From positions 128,001 to 192,000 of the forward strand of contig JAGSHN010000012.1 of assembly GCA_029855935.1 (NCBI GenBank): 64,000 nucleotides of DNA. The letters are read 5' to 3'. The notes beneath the pieces are model-generated. The model was not told the origin of the DNA. It made no database searches and saw only the letters and a program-made list of their open reading frames with translations. Within the stretch, counting starts at the first letter, position 1; each line of letters starts with the position of its first letter. A program made the translations under genes and the position numbers. Of this stretch, positions 9,002 to 19,276 are shown in pieces. The DNA is from Candidatus Thorarchaeota archaeon (GTDB lineage Archaea; Asgardarchaeota; Thorarchaeia; Thorarchaeales; Thorarchaeaceae).

Positions 9002-10093
9002 GTGAGCGACGTGATACGAGACATGGACAGGCTGACAGAGGCAGTCTCCAAGATGAGTCTTGAGGCCCGCGCGGACTCGATTGCGTCCCGACGGAGGAGA
9101 AATCCGGAGATTCCCGCGGCAGCCTGGACAGCAAGAACGGTCGTTCAAGGCAATGAGGGAACAGCAATTGCCATAGTCCTCTCCACAATCGGTTGCAGTC
9201 ACGCTCGAGATGAGAACGGCGGGTGCACAATGTGCAGCTACCTCCTCGACGGGACTGAGGCCCCTGTGACTGCCGACGACCTCGTCAAGCAGTTCAGAAC
9301 CGCAATGATGAGGGTCTCTGACGCGGATGGTCCATTGTCCGTCAAGCTGTACACGAGCGGAAGTTTCCTCGACCCGGAGGAGGTGCCCCCACAGGCACGT
9401 GGCGAGATTCTGCAGCTCATCTCAAGCGACAGTCGTGTCCAACACGTGGTGATCGAGTCAAGGCCTGAGTTCGTCATTGAGGATGCAGTCGTAGAGGTGA
9501 GGCAGGCTCTTCCTGATGTCTTTGTCGAGATTGGCATGGGACTGGAGTCGAGCAATGACGTGATCCGCCTATTGTGCCTAAACAAGGGCTTCACGAGGGC
9601 CGAGTTCATCTCGGCGGTTGAGACTGCCCGGCGCCATGGCATAGGCACAAGAGCCTACGTCTTGCTCAAGCCCCCATTTCTGACGGAGCAGGAGGCACTG
9701 ACGGACGCCGTTGAGACAATGCAGGACGCTGCAGAGATGGGTGTGACGACAGTCTCGGTCAATCCAGTGAACATCCAGCGGCACACGCTCGTGAGTCAGC
9801 TCTGGAGCCGTGGTGCCTACCGGCCCCCGTGGCTCTGGACAGTTGTGGAGGCACTGCAACGTGCCCGGATGTTCTTGCCCGTGGGGGTCAGGATCGAATG
9901 CGATCCCGTTGCTGGAGGCACGCATCGCGGTGCACATAATTGTGGCGACTGTGATGGTGCCGCACTCGATGCGATTCGAAGGTTCTCTCTGACTCAGGAC
10001 CTCAGAACATTTGACGGGCTTGACTGTCACTGTCGTCCTCGGTGGCATCACGTTCTGGAGCACGAGGGTGCCTCACTGGTTGTGCACTACTGA
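9002..10093 (+). CDS. raSEA: Archaeosine biosynthesis radical SAM enzyme RaSEA
   Basis: GCSHARDENGGCTMC, TSGSFLD, ESRPEF, YVLLKPPFL, YRPPWLW, RGAHNCGDCD; directly follows arcS. Confidence 0.92.
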   Translation: MSDVIRDMDRLTEAVSKMSLEARADSIASRRRRNPEIPAAAWTARTVVQGNEGTAIAIVLSTIGCSHARDENGGCTMCSYLLDGTEAPVTADDLVKQFRTAMMRVSDADGPLSVKLYTSGSFLDPEEVPPQARGEILQLISSDSRVQHVVIESRPEFVIEDAVVEVRQALPDVFVEIGMGLESSNDVIRLLCLNKGFTRAEFISAVETARRHGIGTRAYVLLKPPFLTEQEALTDAVETMQDAAEMGVTTVSVNPVNIQRHTLVSQLWSRGAYRPPWLWTVVEALQRARMFLPVGVRIECDPVAGGTHRGAHNCGDCDGAALDAIRRFSLTQDLRTFDGLDCHCRPRWHHVLEHEGASLVVHY

Positions 10094-10188
10094 GGCCCAG
10101 AAGACCTCTCTCAGGTGTGCCCGAGTGGTGACTAAATACTGTGGTCCCAACAGGCCAGTGCTGAACAGATGTTCTGAGAGGTTCTTCG

Positions 10189-11532
10189 ATGACCAGTCTC
10201 TTGCAGACGGAACGGGATGGGGAAACTCCTCTTCCACTCAAGGCCGCACTGCGGGACCTCTTGGGGCGGAGGAGCTACACGGTGTTCCTTGCGACAGCCT
10301 GGAGTCTATACGCCTTTGAGTCGCTGAACATCTTCTTCAATCTCTATCTCCGGGATCTCGGATGGACGTTTCTGTCGATTGGGATACTCGGTGCCGCGAA
10401 TCAGGCAATCGCCGCTCTCTCACGCATCATTGGTGGATACGTTGGCGATCACGTGGACCGGAAGAGCCTCGCTGCTGCGTCAATGCTGGTCGTTTCCGGC
10501 TTCTACCTGCTCATCGCTCTGTCCATTCATCCAGTCGTCCTCGTCCTTGCTCTTCTCCTCTACTCGACTATGCATCTCGTGACGAGTGGCTCGTCCGCCT
10601 ATGTGATGAACAGCATTCCTCAACGACATAGTGGTCTGGCTCTCTCCCTGTTCACAGCCGGACGTGCAATCGGGATCTCGGCCCTCCTAGCTCTGAACAT
10701 CCTCGTACCAGTCATAGGGTTCGGTGCAGGATTCCGTTTCCTTGCATTGCTGGCATCCTGCGTACTGATGGCGAGCGCAGTGGTGCGTCATGTATGGTTG
10801 GCACCCAGCCCAATAGAACACGAGATGGGTCCAGAGGGTCTCCTCCGTAATTTCCTCTCCGAGAATGCACGGGCGCTGCGTGTCCTCGTCTTGGCGCTCC
10901 CCGGCACTCTTCTCGTTGTGCTGCTTGATGCCGTGAGCGATGGCCTGTTCAAGTTCGGCGCCCTTCTCTATGCCAACGAGTTTCTCAACGTGTCGATTCC
11001 GGGTATCGGCAGCATAATGATCTTCACGCTGCTCTTCTCGGTGCCGCTGCTCATCTGGGTGGGCCGTGTGGCTGACACCCGAGGTCTGAGCAGCGCCGCC
11101 GACCTGGTCTATGCTATGATGCCTCTCTCAACATTTCTGATTCTGGTGGCCCCGGCTGTTCCGATGTGGGCCCCCGCTGACTGGGCAATAGGGGCGGAGT
11201 CCCTATTCCCCGGTCTTGGAGCAGTGTTCACCACAGTCTTCCTCGCGATAGTCCTCAAGTATGTGAACGACATTCTGTGGAACCTTGTGCTGATCACTCT
11301 GATACGCAAGAACCTCCCATCCAGCGACACGTCGAAGTTTCTGGCTCTCTTCTGGTTCTTGGTCGCCCTGTTGACCGCTCTTGGCCCGGTCTTGGGCGGC
11401 TTACTGTTCTCGTTCGGCGTGCCGTCTCTTGTCTTTGTCGCGGCCCTGTTTCTCAACGTCCTTATCCTGTTCTCTCTGCATCGGTACGGGCTCTTCGCAC
11501 GACCGGGCGTCCCCAACGTGGAAGACAGATGA
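10189..11532 (+). CDS. MFS transporter
   Basis: About 12 hydrophobic segments; motif A GGYVGDHVDRK and second-half GRVADTRG. Confidence 0.88.
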   Translation: MTSLLQTERDGETPLPLKAALRDLLGRRSYTVFLATAWSLYAFESLNIFFNLYLRDLGWTFLSIGILGAANQAIAALSRIIGGYVGDHVDRKSLAAASMLVVSGFYLLIALSIHPVVLVLALLLYSTMHLVTSGSSAYVMNSIPQRHSGLALSLFTAGRAIGISALLALNILVPVIGFGAGFRFLALLASCVLMASAVVRHVWLAPSPIEHEMGPEGLLRNFLSENARALRVLVLALPGTLLVVLLDAVSDGLFKFGALLYANEFLNVSIPGIGSIMIFTLLFSVPLLIWVGRVADTRGLSSAADLVYAMMPLSTFLILVAPAVPMWAPADWAIGAESLFPGLGAVFTTVFLAIVLKYVNDILWNLVLITLIRKNLPSSDTSKFLALFWFLVALLTALGPVLGGLLFSFGVPSLVFVAALFLNVLILFSLHRYGLFARPGVPNVEDR

Positions 11533-11596
11533 ATAAAGTCTTAAAGGCCATCCAGCGGCGAATTCAATGTTCAGGTAGTCTGGAGACGGGCCCAAC

Positions 11597-11944
11597 ATGC
11601 CGAGATATGTGACACGTGTAAGCATCTGGTTCTATAGCGAGGGAGCCTCTCCCTCTGAGGTGATCAAACGTCTGACGGAGCTTGGTTTCACTCCAGTGCG
11701 GGGTGCCTTCGACTTTGTCTACGAGCACAAGCAGGAGGACATGGACGAGCGGGACCTCAGCAGCTCGATACTGGAGATTGCCAATGCTCTCCACGCCGCT
11801 CTGTCAGGGTTCAAGGTCTGGTACAACCTTGACACACATCTCGCGGACGAGGGGGCCGACTACGTCCCGCTGGAGGCAATAGACGCGGAACTCGCAGCGA
11901 CCCGCGAAGAGATCTCCAAGATGGAGAACGAGATTGAGCAGTAG
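11597..11944 (+). CDS. Archaeal hypothetical protein with acidic helical tail
   Basis: WFYSEGASPSEVIKRLTELGFTPVRGAFDFVY, a pattern I recall from archaeal hypotheticals. Confidence 0.75.
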   Translation: MPRYVTRVSIWFYSEGASPSEVIKRLTELGFTPVRGAFDFVYEHKQEDMDERDLSSSILEIANALHAALSGFKVWYNLDTHLADEGADYVPLEAIDAELAATREEISKMENEIEQ

Positions 11945-11968
11945 TTGCTTCTTCAGTGCAAAAGGAGT

Positions 11969-12005
11969 GTGAAGGGGGACGGGAAGAGCATCCCGTTCCC
12001 CTCAC
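11969..12005. terminator. GC-rich hairpin between convergent genes
   Basis: GTGAAGGGGGACGGGA-N6-TCCCGTTCCCCTCAC. Confidence 0.5.
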
Positions 12006-12059
12006 CGGGAGGGACCGACTAATTGCGGTGAGTGGGAATAGGAGGTACTCTCTCTCCGG

Positions 12060-13841
12060 CTAGTCGGATGTGACCTCCGGTTCGCGGCGCTCATACTCGC
12101 CCTCGCCACGAACGGTTACATTGAGCTTCTTCCTGTCACCGGGATTCATCCGTGCCCAGGACCATCTCATCGTTATGCCATCGTCGACTGTGTCGATTCT
12201 TGGCTCCTCGTCCGATGGCTCGACTGAGACGAACTCGAAGCCCTTGGGGACCCAGTCGGTCACGGTCACGTTCTCGACTGTCACCTCGCCCTTGTTCTCA
12301 ATGACGAGCACAACCACGTACTCACCCGGGCTGGCACCCCTGTTGATGGCCTTCTTCGCTGAGATGCGCCGCTTCTTGTAGACGACACCAATCTTATGAC
12401 CGTCCTCCGGGCTCTGGACATCTATGACGGTCCCAGGTGGGTATATCGTCGCCTCACACCGTATAGGACTTGGGTACTCCTTCTCCGGTCGGCTCTTCCA
12501 CGCCATAATGGCGTAATTGATCTTTATGCTGTCACCCGGCTCAAGTTCGCCGACCGTGTCCTTCAGGTCCTTGAATCTGAACGTCAGTGTATGGGCCGAT
12601 TCAGGGTCTTGGTCGTCAGGATCAATCGTGAACTCGTAGTCCCCAGTGTATTCCTTCCCTGCTATCCAGACTGTTATGTGTTCGGGCTTCGGCGGCATGA
12701 CATCGTCGGGGAGATGGTCAATGATTGTAACCTCGTTCAGCCTTGCCGTGCCTGTGTTCTTCACCTCTATGGTGACCTCGACAGGAGTCTTATCGAAGCT
12801 GGCGACCTCCGGAGGATCAAACACCTTTGTGTAGTCAATCTTGTAGACCGGGATTGTCTGGGGAGTCTTCTCAATGGTTCCGAGAACCCTCTTGGTGACA
12901 GTCCTGACGGGAGTGTAGATGACCTCGTGTGTCACCTTCGGTGGTGTCTTGCTTTCAATCTGAAAGCTGACGCTCCACTCTTGTCCAGGACCGAGCTCGA
13001 CTGCAGGTGACTCGTCAATCCTCTTGATCTTCTCTCCTCCCTCCTCGGGAGTCACGTACACCTCTGCGTGGTCAATTCGCACAACAAGGTCGCTCTCATT
13101 GGCACACTCCAGGGTGCACTCCCACTGGTTCGGCTGTGTCTCTGCAGTGTCCACACCAGTGAGAAACTCTGTGAGGGCTGTCATATCTGGGTCCAGACTC
13201 GACCTCTGCTGTCCCTCCGCACGGTACGTGACGACAACGTCGCCAGAGTTGACCACAGTGATGTCTTCGACACGGACAACGCCTCGGATCACAATGGTAG
13301 ACTCCTCGTGCGGGTATATTACGAAGTCCTTCCATATCACCTGACGTGTACCCTCATCGAACTCTGCAGTACCGGACTGTGTGGACTCGATGACAACATC
13401 CGTCATCTCTGGCGGTATCGTCTTGTTGAGCACGATGTTGTCAATCTCACCATCAGTCTCATTTCTTACTTGGATAGTGATTCTGATGTTGTTGTCCTTG
13501 CCGTGAGCGTATGCCCAGTGCGGCTCTTCGGTCTCGACGTCGGCGCACGTGTCATATCTCTCAGTCACAGTGAGCAGTGGCGCATCAATATCCACAGTAT
13601 ACTCGTACTCCCAGCGTCCACCTGCATCAATCTCCCCAGCAGAGAGGGTCTCCTCTTCTATGTTGGTCCGTTCTCGGCTGTCTCCGAGCAGTACTCTGAC
13701 GTTCCATATTCTGTTCTGCTGTGACACGTTATTGACGCTGAGGATACCAGTCGCAGTGGCAGACAGGAGCTCGCTCTGTTCACCAAGCGTCGCCTTCTCT
13801 TTCTCCTCAATGTCGATGACTACTCTCTTTTCCTCGCTCAA
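12060..13841 (-). CDS. Acidic multi-beta-sandwich protein (DUF11-like repeats; N-terminal mu-homology-domain-like region), no signal peptide
   Basis: Repeated V.I.V.N.G....NV...D..P motifs; TTG start 13841 after GGTGGGTGAG (track start 13871). Confidence 0.75.
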   Translation of the reverse strand: MSEEKRVVIDIEEKEKATLGEQSELLSATATGILSVNNVSQQNRIWNVRVLLGDSRERTNIEEETLSAGEIDAGGRWEYEYTVDIDAPLLTVTERYDTCADVETEEPHWAYAHGKDNNIRITIQVRNETDGEIDNIVLNKTIPPEMTDVVIESTQSGTAEFDEGTRQVIWKDFVIYPHEESTIVIRGVVRVEDITVVNSGDVVVTYRAEGQQRSSLDPDMTALTEFLTGVDTAETQPNQWECTLECANESDLVVRIDHAEVYVTPEEGGEKIKRIDESPAVELGPGQEWSVSFQIESKTPPKVTHEVIYTPVRTVTKRVLGTIEKTPQTIPVYKIDYTKVFDPPEVASFDKTPVEVTIEVKNTGTARLNEVTIIDHLPDDVMPPKPEHITVWIAGKEYTGDYEFTIDPDDQDPESAHTLTFRFKDLKDTVGELEPGDSIKINYAIMAWKSRPEKEYPSPIRCEATIYPPGTVIDVQSPEDGHKIGVVYKKRRISAKKAINRGASPGEYVVVLVIENKGEVTVENVTVTDWVPKGFEFVSVEPSDEEPRIDTVDDGITMRWSWARMNPGDRKKLNVTVRGEGEYERREPEVTSD

Positions 13842-13910
13842 TGTTTCTCTCACCCACCTATACGTTCTCACGCTCCCGGGCGTTCCGGCTCATCAGGTTC
13901 GCGTCCGAGT

Positions 13911-14606
13911 TCAGGACAATGTGAAACGGAACTCATAACCCGCCGCCCACTCCGCAGTCACGGACTGATTCGGTTCCATGACCAGAGGAGTACAACCAGA
14001 TGCAAACTGGTCCACATACTTCTTGAACTTCGTGGTCTGCTCCTCAGAGGACCAGCGCATCGCGATACCAAGTTTCGGTGACGCATCGATGCAGAGGTTG
14101 ACAGCATCCTTGACACCGAACACACCCTCACCACTGATGGGGACAATCAGGATGTCGGTGTCAAACTGACCGAAGGGCCCCCTGACGATGGTGTCACCCA
14201 GATACGAGACTCGCATCTTGCCCATCTGAATATACAGTCCAAGGTTTTCGACATCCTCGTTCGCCTCCGGACTCCGTCTCTTCAGCGGGAATGCCGTGAC
14301 CTTGAGACCCGGTATCTCGTAGGGCTCGTCTGGCCGCAGGACGTGCAGGAGCCAGGGTCTGGCGCCCTGCGCGCGGGCCTTCTCGATGGTCTCCTCGTTG
14401 CCCAAGATCCACGCCTTCGCGTTGTTCGCGATCGTGGCGGCATTGCCGAGCGCATCGTCCATACGATTGGTGGCTATGATCACCCTGACATCGAGGTTGT
14501 CTGGGACCACAGCCTCGCCATTCCAGATGCCAGGATTCAGCAGGACTGACGTTTCCTTGGACTCTACTACGAAGGACGTGTGACCCAGGTAAGTTATCTT
14601 CAGCAA
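13911..14606 (-). CDS. Metallo-beta-lactamase-fold (UPF0173-like) protein with degenerate metal motif
   Basis: KITYLGHTSFVVE, YLGDT, DILIVPISG; HxHxDH position reads NRMDDA; TTG start after GAGGAAAGGAAGTGA. Confidence 0.82.
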   Translation of the reverse strand: MLKITYLGHTSFVVESKETSVLLNPGIWNGEAVVPDNLDVRVIIATNRMDDALGNAATIANNAKAWILGNEETIEKARAQGARPWLLHVLRPDEPYEIPGLKVTAFPLKRRSPEANEDVENLGLYIQMGKMRVSYLGDTIVRGPFGQFDTDILIVPISGEGVFGVKDAVNLCIDASPKLGIAMRWSSEEQTTKFKKYVDQFASGCTPLVMEPNQSVTAEWAAGYEFRFTLS

Positions 14607-14848
14607 ACAATCACTTCCTTTCCTCGGACTTGGTACCCTCTGAGCCGGAAAACTTGCGTCGAGATATGGAAACCACTGCTGGCTTAAAAGGAAATTGTAG
14701 AGGGACTTGAACACGAAGCGGGTCGTGAATGGCAGTCCCCTATGAGATGCATAGCGCGCGTTTTGATGTCACTCGGCATTCCCTAGAGTTGGGCTTATGT
14801 ACGCCGAGCAGTGATATGGGATGGATGATTGACAGATGAGGGGATAGA

Positions 14849-16132
14849 GTGTTTCCGCATGTCGTCACCAGTAAGTTTCGCAAGAAGCTGAAGGCCGTCC
14901 TGCTGGATGTCAAGGCTGACTTCGAGCGGCGTGAGAAGGCCTTCGAACGCGACGAGCGGAGAATCAAAGAGGAGCTTCTGGCAGCCATAGACTGTCATCC
15001 GCCACGACCAAAGATCGACGACTTCTACATTGCAGCTGTTGATGGTTCAGGACATCCGCGCGTTGCCACCTTTGACGACATTCGGGTGCACATAGTCACT
15101 CGCGCTATCTCCTTGCTGCGCACCAGTCCGGATGGGGACGCACCATTCCAAGAGGTGGGTCCGCAGGCCAGGGACGCGGGACTCCTCACGGAGCAGCCAG
15201 AGTCGGACTTCTTCTGGCACTCAGGCGTTGGTCGCGATGCCCTTGAGAAGCTGAAGGAGACAATACTGGAGTTCTATCCCATTGATGACACCGAGAAGAT
15301 AGTTCTGCCCTACTTCAAGGATCTGCTGGGAGTGTCCTCCCTAGACGAGCTGGCGGACCACTCCCCCGAATACCAGATACCCAACTCGGTGCGCGAGAGT
15401 CTGATCTCTGATGATATGATACTCTCCGAACGCACACTCCACGAGCAGGTCATGAGGGTCTACGAGTATGCTGCTGCCCGCCAGCTCGTTGAGAATGAGG
15501 AGATGCGGCCGAGGTATCTCTTCCTCGACGGGTCCCTCACACTGTTCCTACGTCGTTCAAGGTCATATCCCTCATATCCATCGGGCTTTGTCCTCCGTGA
15601 GCTCGTCTCATCTGCCCGCAAGAGAGGAGTGATCATTGGAGCTGTCAGCAAGGACCACACCATTCCGTTTGCCCATAGGATTGCCACGATGGCGACGGAG
15701 GTCTTCCCACGAGGAACCAAGTGGTTCTGCAGACTTCCATCAGATGACGACCCCGGTCACGGTCTTGAGATCTACAAGGACAGAATCTACATACCCCCGA
15801 CTCTGGCAGTGACCTATCTGTTCTGCTTCTCACCTGACAATCGTCCGTCGAGAATAGACTTTGACCGCATCTGGTGGCTTGAGAATATCTTTGTCAATGG
15901 TGACCCAGAGACCACACGGGCGAATGAGATTACTCTGTTTCGTGACATCGAACTGATGTCCCGGGATGCCCGATGGTACGGCTATCCTGTCCCCCTCGCC
16001 CTTGCGCACAATGAGTGCACGCTGACGCGGGACAATCTCCGTGCCATTCGTCACGAGGCACGGGCTCTGCTACGGGAGATTGAGCTCGACTTTACCGAGG
16101 TGAATCCTCTTCGTGAGGACTACAATCTATGA
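14849..16132 (+). CDS. nurA: NurA 5'-3' nuclease
   Basis: AAVDGS, FLDGSL, GAVSKD, GYPVPLALAHNEC; operon context. Confidence 0.88.
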   Translation: MFPHVVTSKFRKKLKAVLLDVKADFERREKAFERDERRIKEELLAAIDCHPPRPKIDDFYIAAVDGSGHPRVATFDDIRVHIVTRAISLLRTSPDGDAPFQEVGPQARDAGLLTEQPESDFFWHSGVGRDALEKLKETILEFYPIDDTEKIVLPYFKDLLGVSSLDELADHSPEYQIPNSVRESLISDDMILSERTLHEQVMRVYEYAAARQLVENEEMRPRYLFLDGSLTLFLRRSRSYPSYPSGFVLRELVSSARKRGVIIGAVSKDHTIPFAHRIATMATEVFPRGTKWFCRLPSDDDPGHGLEIYKDRIYIPPTLAVTYLFCFSPDNRPSRIDFDRIWWLENIFVNGDPETTRANEITLFRDIELMSRDARWYGYPVPLALAHNECTLTRDNLRAIRHEARALLREIELDFTEVNPLREDYNL

Positions 16133-16145
16133 GGTGTGAACTGAG

Positions 16146-17948
16146 ATGAATGCGGAGACTGAGAAAAATCAGGAGATAGATCTTGACAAACAGGCCGAGC
16201 TGTTCGGCCGAGTGTCCTCCGGTGACCAGACCTCTCTGGTGCTAATCTGCAACGATGACGACCTGGCCACTGGCCGCTTGCTTCTGATTCGTTCAACGCG
16301 TGGAGGAGAGGAGCGCATATTCTTCTTCCTCGTACTGCGTGTGAGCAACTACCTGAAGTATGTTGACAAGGCAGAGGATGTCGCAAGCACACTTGTGGCA
16401 TTTGAGGACGCATATCTCATAGACGGCAGTCTGAGATTCTTTCTTGAGGTGGAGGGTCATCTCCTTGGGTATGCTCAGAAGAACAAGCAGAAGGGGGTCT
16501 GGGAGTTCCGTCCATCAAAGCGCACACCCGAGCACTTTGCGCATGTATACATCCCCCAGAAGAAGACAGCCGAGAAGTTGATTGGGACTCTCTTCGGACC
16601 ACAGCTCGACGGTGAGATATACGTAGGCGATCTTGAGGACGGGGACACAGCTCTTCCAGTGCGAGTGAACCTGCCAGTCAAGTTCCTCCCGATGCATCTC
16701 GGCATCTTCGGGTCCACTGGTGCGGGAAAGAGCAACCTGATGATGGTCCTCATCAAGTCGTTCATTGACCACAACCTTGAGGTCCGGCGTGGAGCGGCTC
16801 GGTCGAGACAGCCACTTGTCTCCGCATTCTGCATAGACCCTCACGACGAGTTTGCAACTGGCACGGACACATACGGCATTCACGACATCGTCGAGGCTAT
16901 GGATGACAGTCGCAGGAACGAGGTCATGGGCGACTTCTACTACCTGACATCGACGATCAGAGCAGTCCCAAGGGAGATAAAGAGGTACGCACGTGAGCTG
17001 AGAATCCTCTGGGACGAGATACAGCCAGAGGACCTGTACTCAATCATGGACTTCAGCCCGCAGATGTCGTGGTTCATAGATGATGTATACGCCCGCGTGG
17101 GCGATCGCTGGGTCTCCGAGATTCTCAACATGATTGAAACTCCTCAGGGTGTCACTCCAGGGACGTTCAGAGCCGTTCAGCGCCGGTTGGCCTTTCTCAA
17201 GAACTCTGACTTGTTTGTGGACTCGGGGGCGTCGACACTGGACGACATCATCTACGCACTTGAGAACGGGCGAGTTCTCATTGTCAATACGTCTCTGATG
17301 AGCAGCACCGAGCAGTTCTTGGTGACGACAATCGTGACGAGGACGATCTCCGACCTCCGCAGAGCTCTGAAGAGCAGCATGACGCTTGGTGACTTCAAGA
17401 AACAGGCACAGGAGAGGCTTCCTCACGGTCTGTACCAACGGATACACGAGCGGATGATAGCTCTGTATGCGAGAGGGCGAACAGCTAATGACGACTCACC
17501 AGTAGCGAGTCCCACCGAACTTCCCGCTGTGATGATCACTGTGGAGGAGGCCCCCTCCATTCTCAACCCCGAGCTGATGAAGGGGCGGTCGGTCTTCAAG
17601 GATGTTTCGCGCCAGGGGCGCAAGTTCAACATCGGCCTGATAGTCATCAGTCAGCAGGTGAGCGTGCTCGACAGGGTCATTCTCAGCCAGATGAACACGC
17701 AGATCAGTCTGCGGCTCAACAACAAGACCGAGATCAAGAGCTGTATTGACAACGCAAGTATTAACATATCTGGATACGAGGACAAGTTCCGTACGATGGC
17801 ACGTGGTGAGGCCCTACTCACGGCCTCTTATCGTGATGTACCACTTCCCGTGAAGATACCAAAGTTCGATGATCTGTTCGAACATGATAAGAGGCGGTAC
17901 AAGGGCGGCACATCCAAGAGGCGTACAACCAGACATGCCCTCCCGTAG
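16146..17948 (+). CDS. herA: HerA helicase/ATPase (HAS barrel + FtsK/HerA)
   Basis: HLGIFGSTGAGKSN, IDPHDEF, VEEAP, RQGRKF, ISQ. Confidence 0.92.
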   Translation: MNAETEKNQEIDLDKQAELFGRVSSGDQTSLVLICNDDDLATGRLLLIRSTRGGEERIFFFLVLRVSNYLKYVDKAEDVASTLVAFEDAYLIDGSLRFFLEVEGHLLGYAQKNKQKGVWEFRPSKRTPEHFAHVYIPQKKTAEKLIGTLFGPQLDGEIYVGDLEDGDTALPVRVNLPVKFLPMHLGIFGSTGAGKSNLMMVLIKSFIDHNLEVRRGAARSRQPLVSAFCIDPHDEFATGTDTYGIHDIVEAMDDSRRNEVMGDFYYLTSTIRAVPREIKRYARELRILWDEIQPEDLYSIMDFSPQMSWFIDDVYARVGDRWVSEILNMIETPQGVTPGTFRAVQRRLAFLKNSDLFVDSGASTLDDIIYALENGRVLIVNTSLMSSTEQFLVTTIVTRTISDLRRALKSSMTLGDFKKQAQERLPHGLYQRIHERMIALYARGRTANDDSPVASPTELPAVMITVEEAPSILNPELMKGRSVFKDVSRQGRKFNIGLIVISQQVSVLDRVILSQMNTQISLRLNNKTEIKSCIDNASINISGYEDKFRTMARGEALLTASYRDVPLPVKIPKFDDLFEHDKRRYKGGTSKRRTTRHALP

Positions 17949-17962
17949 GAGAAGATGAAGTC

Positions 17963-19273
17963 GTGACCATTCGCATCGCCCATCTCTCGGACACCCATCT
18001 TGGCTACTCGCCACGAACTGGTGTCAAGCAGAATGTGTGGGGAGTTGAGATGCGGTCACGGCTCATCGAGAACGACTTCTATGAGCGCTTTGTCGAGGTC
18101 TTTCACAGGATTGCAGCACTGGACCCGCCAGTCGACCTAGTGATTCACTCGGGCGATCTCTATGACTCGCCTTGGGACAAGAACCCCTCGCAACCACCTG
18201 TTATGGCACAGGAGACTGTGATACGCACTCTCCGCGAGTTCATCGAGAAGACGGGCATCCCCGTCCTGATTCTCGAGGGTAACCACGGCCTCTACCGCAC
18301 ACGCCACGTGAGTCTGCTCGACATAATCCGGGTGTCAGTCCCCGGTGTCAATGTGGCCACCCGGATGGACATGAGGCGAGCGTGGGCGGGCGGAGAGCCC
18401 CTGATCTTCTCGTATGACGAGGCCGATGTCTACTGCTTCCCCTTTATCGAGCCTGCAGTCCTTGAAGCCACCGAGACCAAGCATCTGTTCTTTGACTGGA
18501 TTCTCAATCAACAGGCCCCCAAGCCCAGTCGGACATCAATCGCCGTGGCCCACGGAATGCCACTTGACGGGACACTGTACGATCAGATTCTCACGAATGA
18601 CTACGACTATGTTGCCCTTGGTCACGACCATCGGCAGGGAGAGTTCGGTCCTAAGGCGTGGTACGCGGGCAGCATTGAACGCTGGCGGTTCGATGAGGCT
18701 GGCCAGAAGAAGGGCTTTCTCGTCGTCGAGGCCTCAAACGGCGAGAGTCCTGTTGTGGATCCCCAGTACTTGGAGTTCCGTCGTCCGGTGTACAATGAGA
18801 GAGTCGATGTTGGAACGAACCCGACTCCCGAGTGGGTGGCTGAGACTCTGCTGGGCTGGCTCGATGAGCACGGGCTCCGGACTGCCTGGGACCCTGAGTC
18901 TGCCGCCCGGGTGCGGTTTGTCCTGACGGGGGAGATGCCACAGAGTCGGGTGTTGGATCTCTCTCTCAGGCTTGAGGCCCTGAGGGCGGAGGTATTGAGG
19001 GACGGTTCGGAATACAACGTGGCTCAGCTTGTGTGGCAATTTGGCTTCAAGAGGCAGGAGCAGGAGAGTCCCGCTTATCCCGAGGTGGTCTCGGAGTACC
19101 TGATAGACGATCCTGAGGAGGACTTCAAGACCTATCTCAAGGAGTTGAAGATTGATTCCCAATACGACCCGGAGATTCTGACGCGAATAGCTGTGGAGGC
19201 ACTGAGACTCGCTGTGTCGCCTAGCGATGAGCATCTCACGTGGGACACGCTGAAGAAGGATGCGGAGGAGTGA
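17963..19273 (+). CDS. mre11: Mre11/SbcD nuclease
   Basis: HLSDTHLG, SGDLYD, GNHG, AHG, LGHDH, YAGSIER. Confidence 0.92.
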   Translation: MTIRIAHLSDTHLGYSPRTGVKQNVWGVEMRSRLIENDFYERFVEVFHRIAALDPPVDLVIHSGDLYDSPWDKNPSQPPVMAQETVIRTLREFIEKTGIPVLILEGNHGLYRTRHVSLLDIIRVSVPGVNVATRMDMRRAWAGGEPLIFSYDEADVYCFPFIEPAVLEATETKHLFFDWILNQQAPKPSRTSIAVAHGMPLDGTLYDQILTNDYDYVALGHDHRQGEFGPKAWYAGSIERWRFDEAGQKKGFLVVEASNGESPVVDPQYLEFRRPVYNERVDVGTNPTPEWVAETLLGWLDEHGLRTAWDPESAARVRFVLTGEMPQSRVLDLSLRLEALRAEVLRDGSEYNVAQLVWQFGFKRQEQESPAYPEVVSEYLIDDPEEDFKTYLKELKIDSQYDPEILTRIAVEALRLAVSPSDEHLTWDTLKKDAEE

Positions 19274-19276
19274 ACC

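Noticed and set aside
11969-12005. Hairpin with GAA as a possible SECIS element
   Set aside because: No neighbouring gene has an in-frame UGA at a Cys position; a terminator between convergent genes is simpler.
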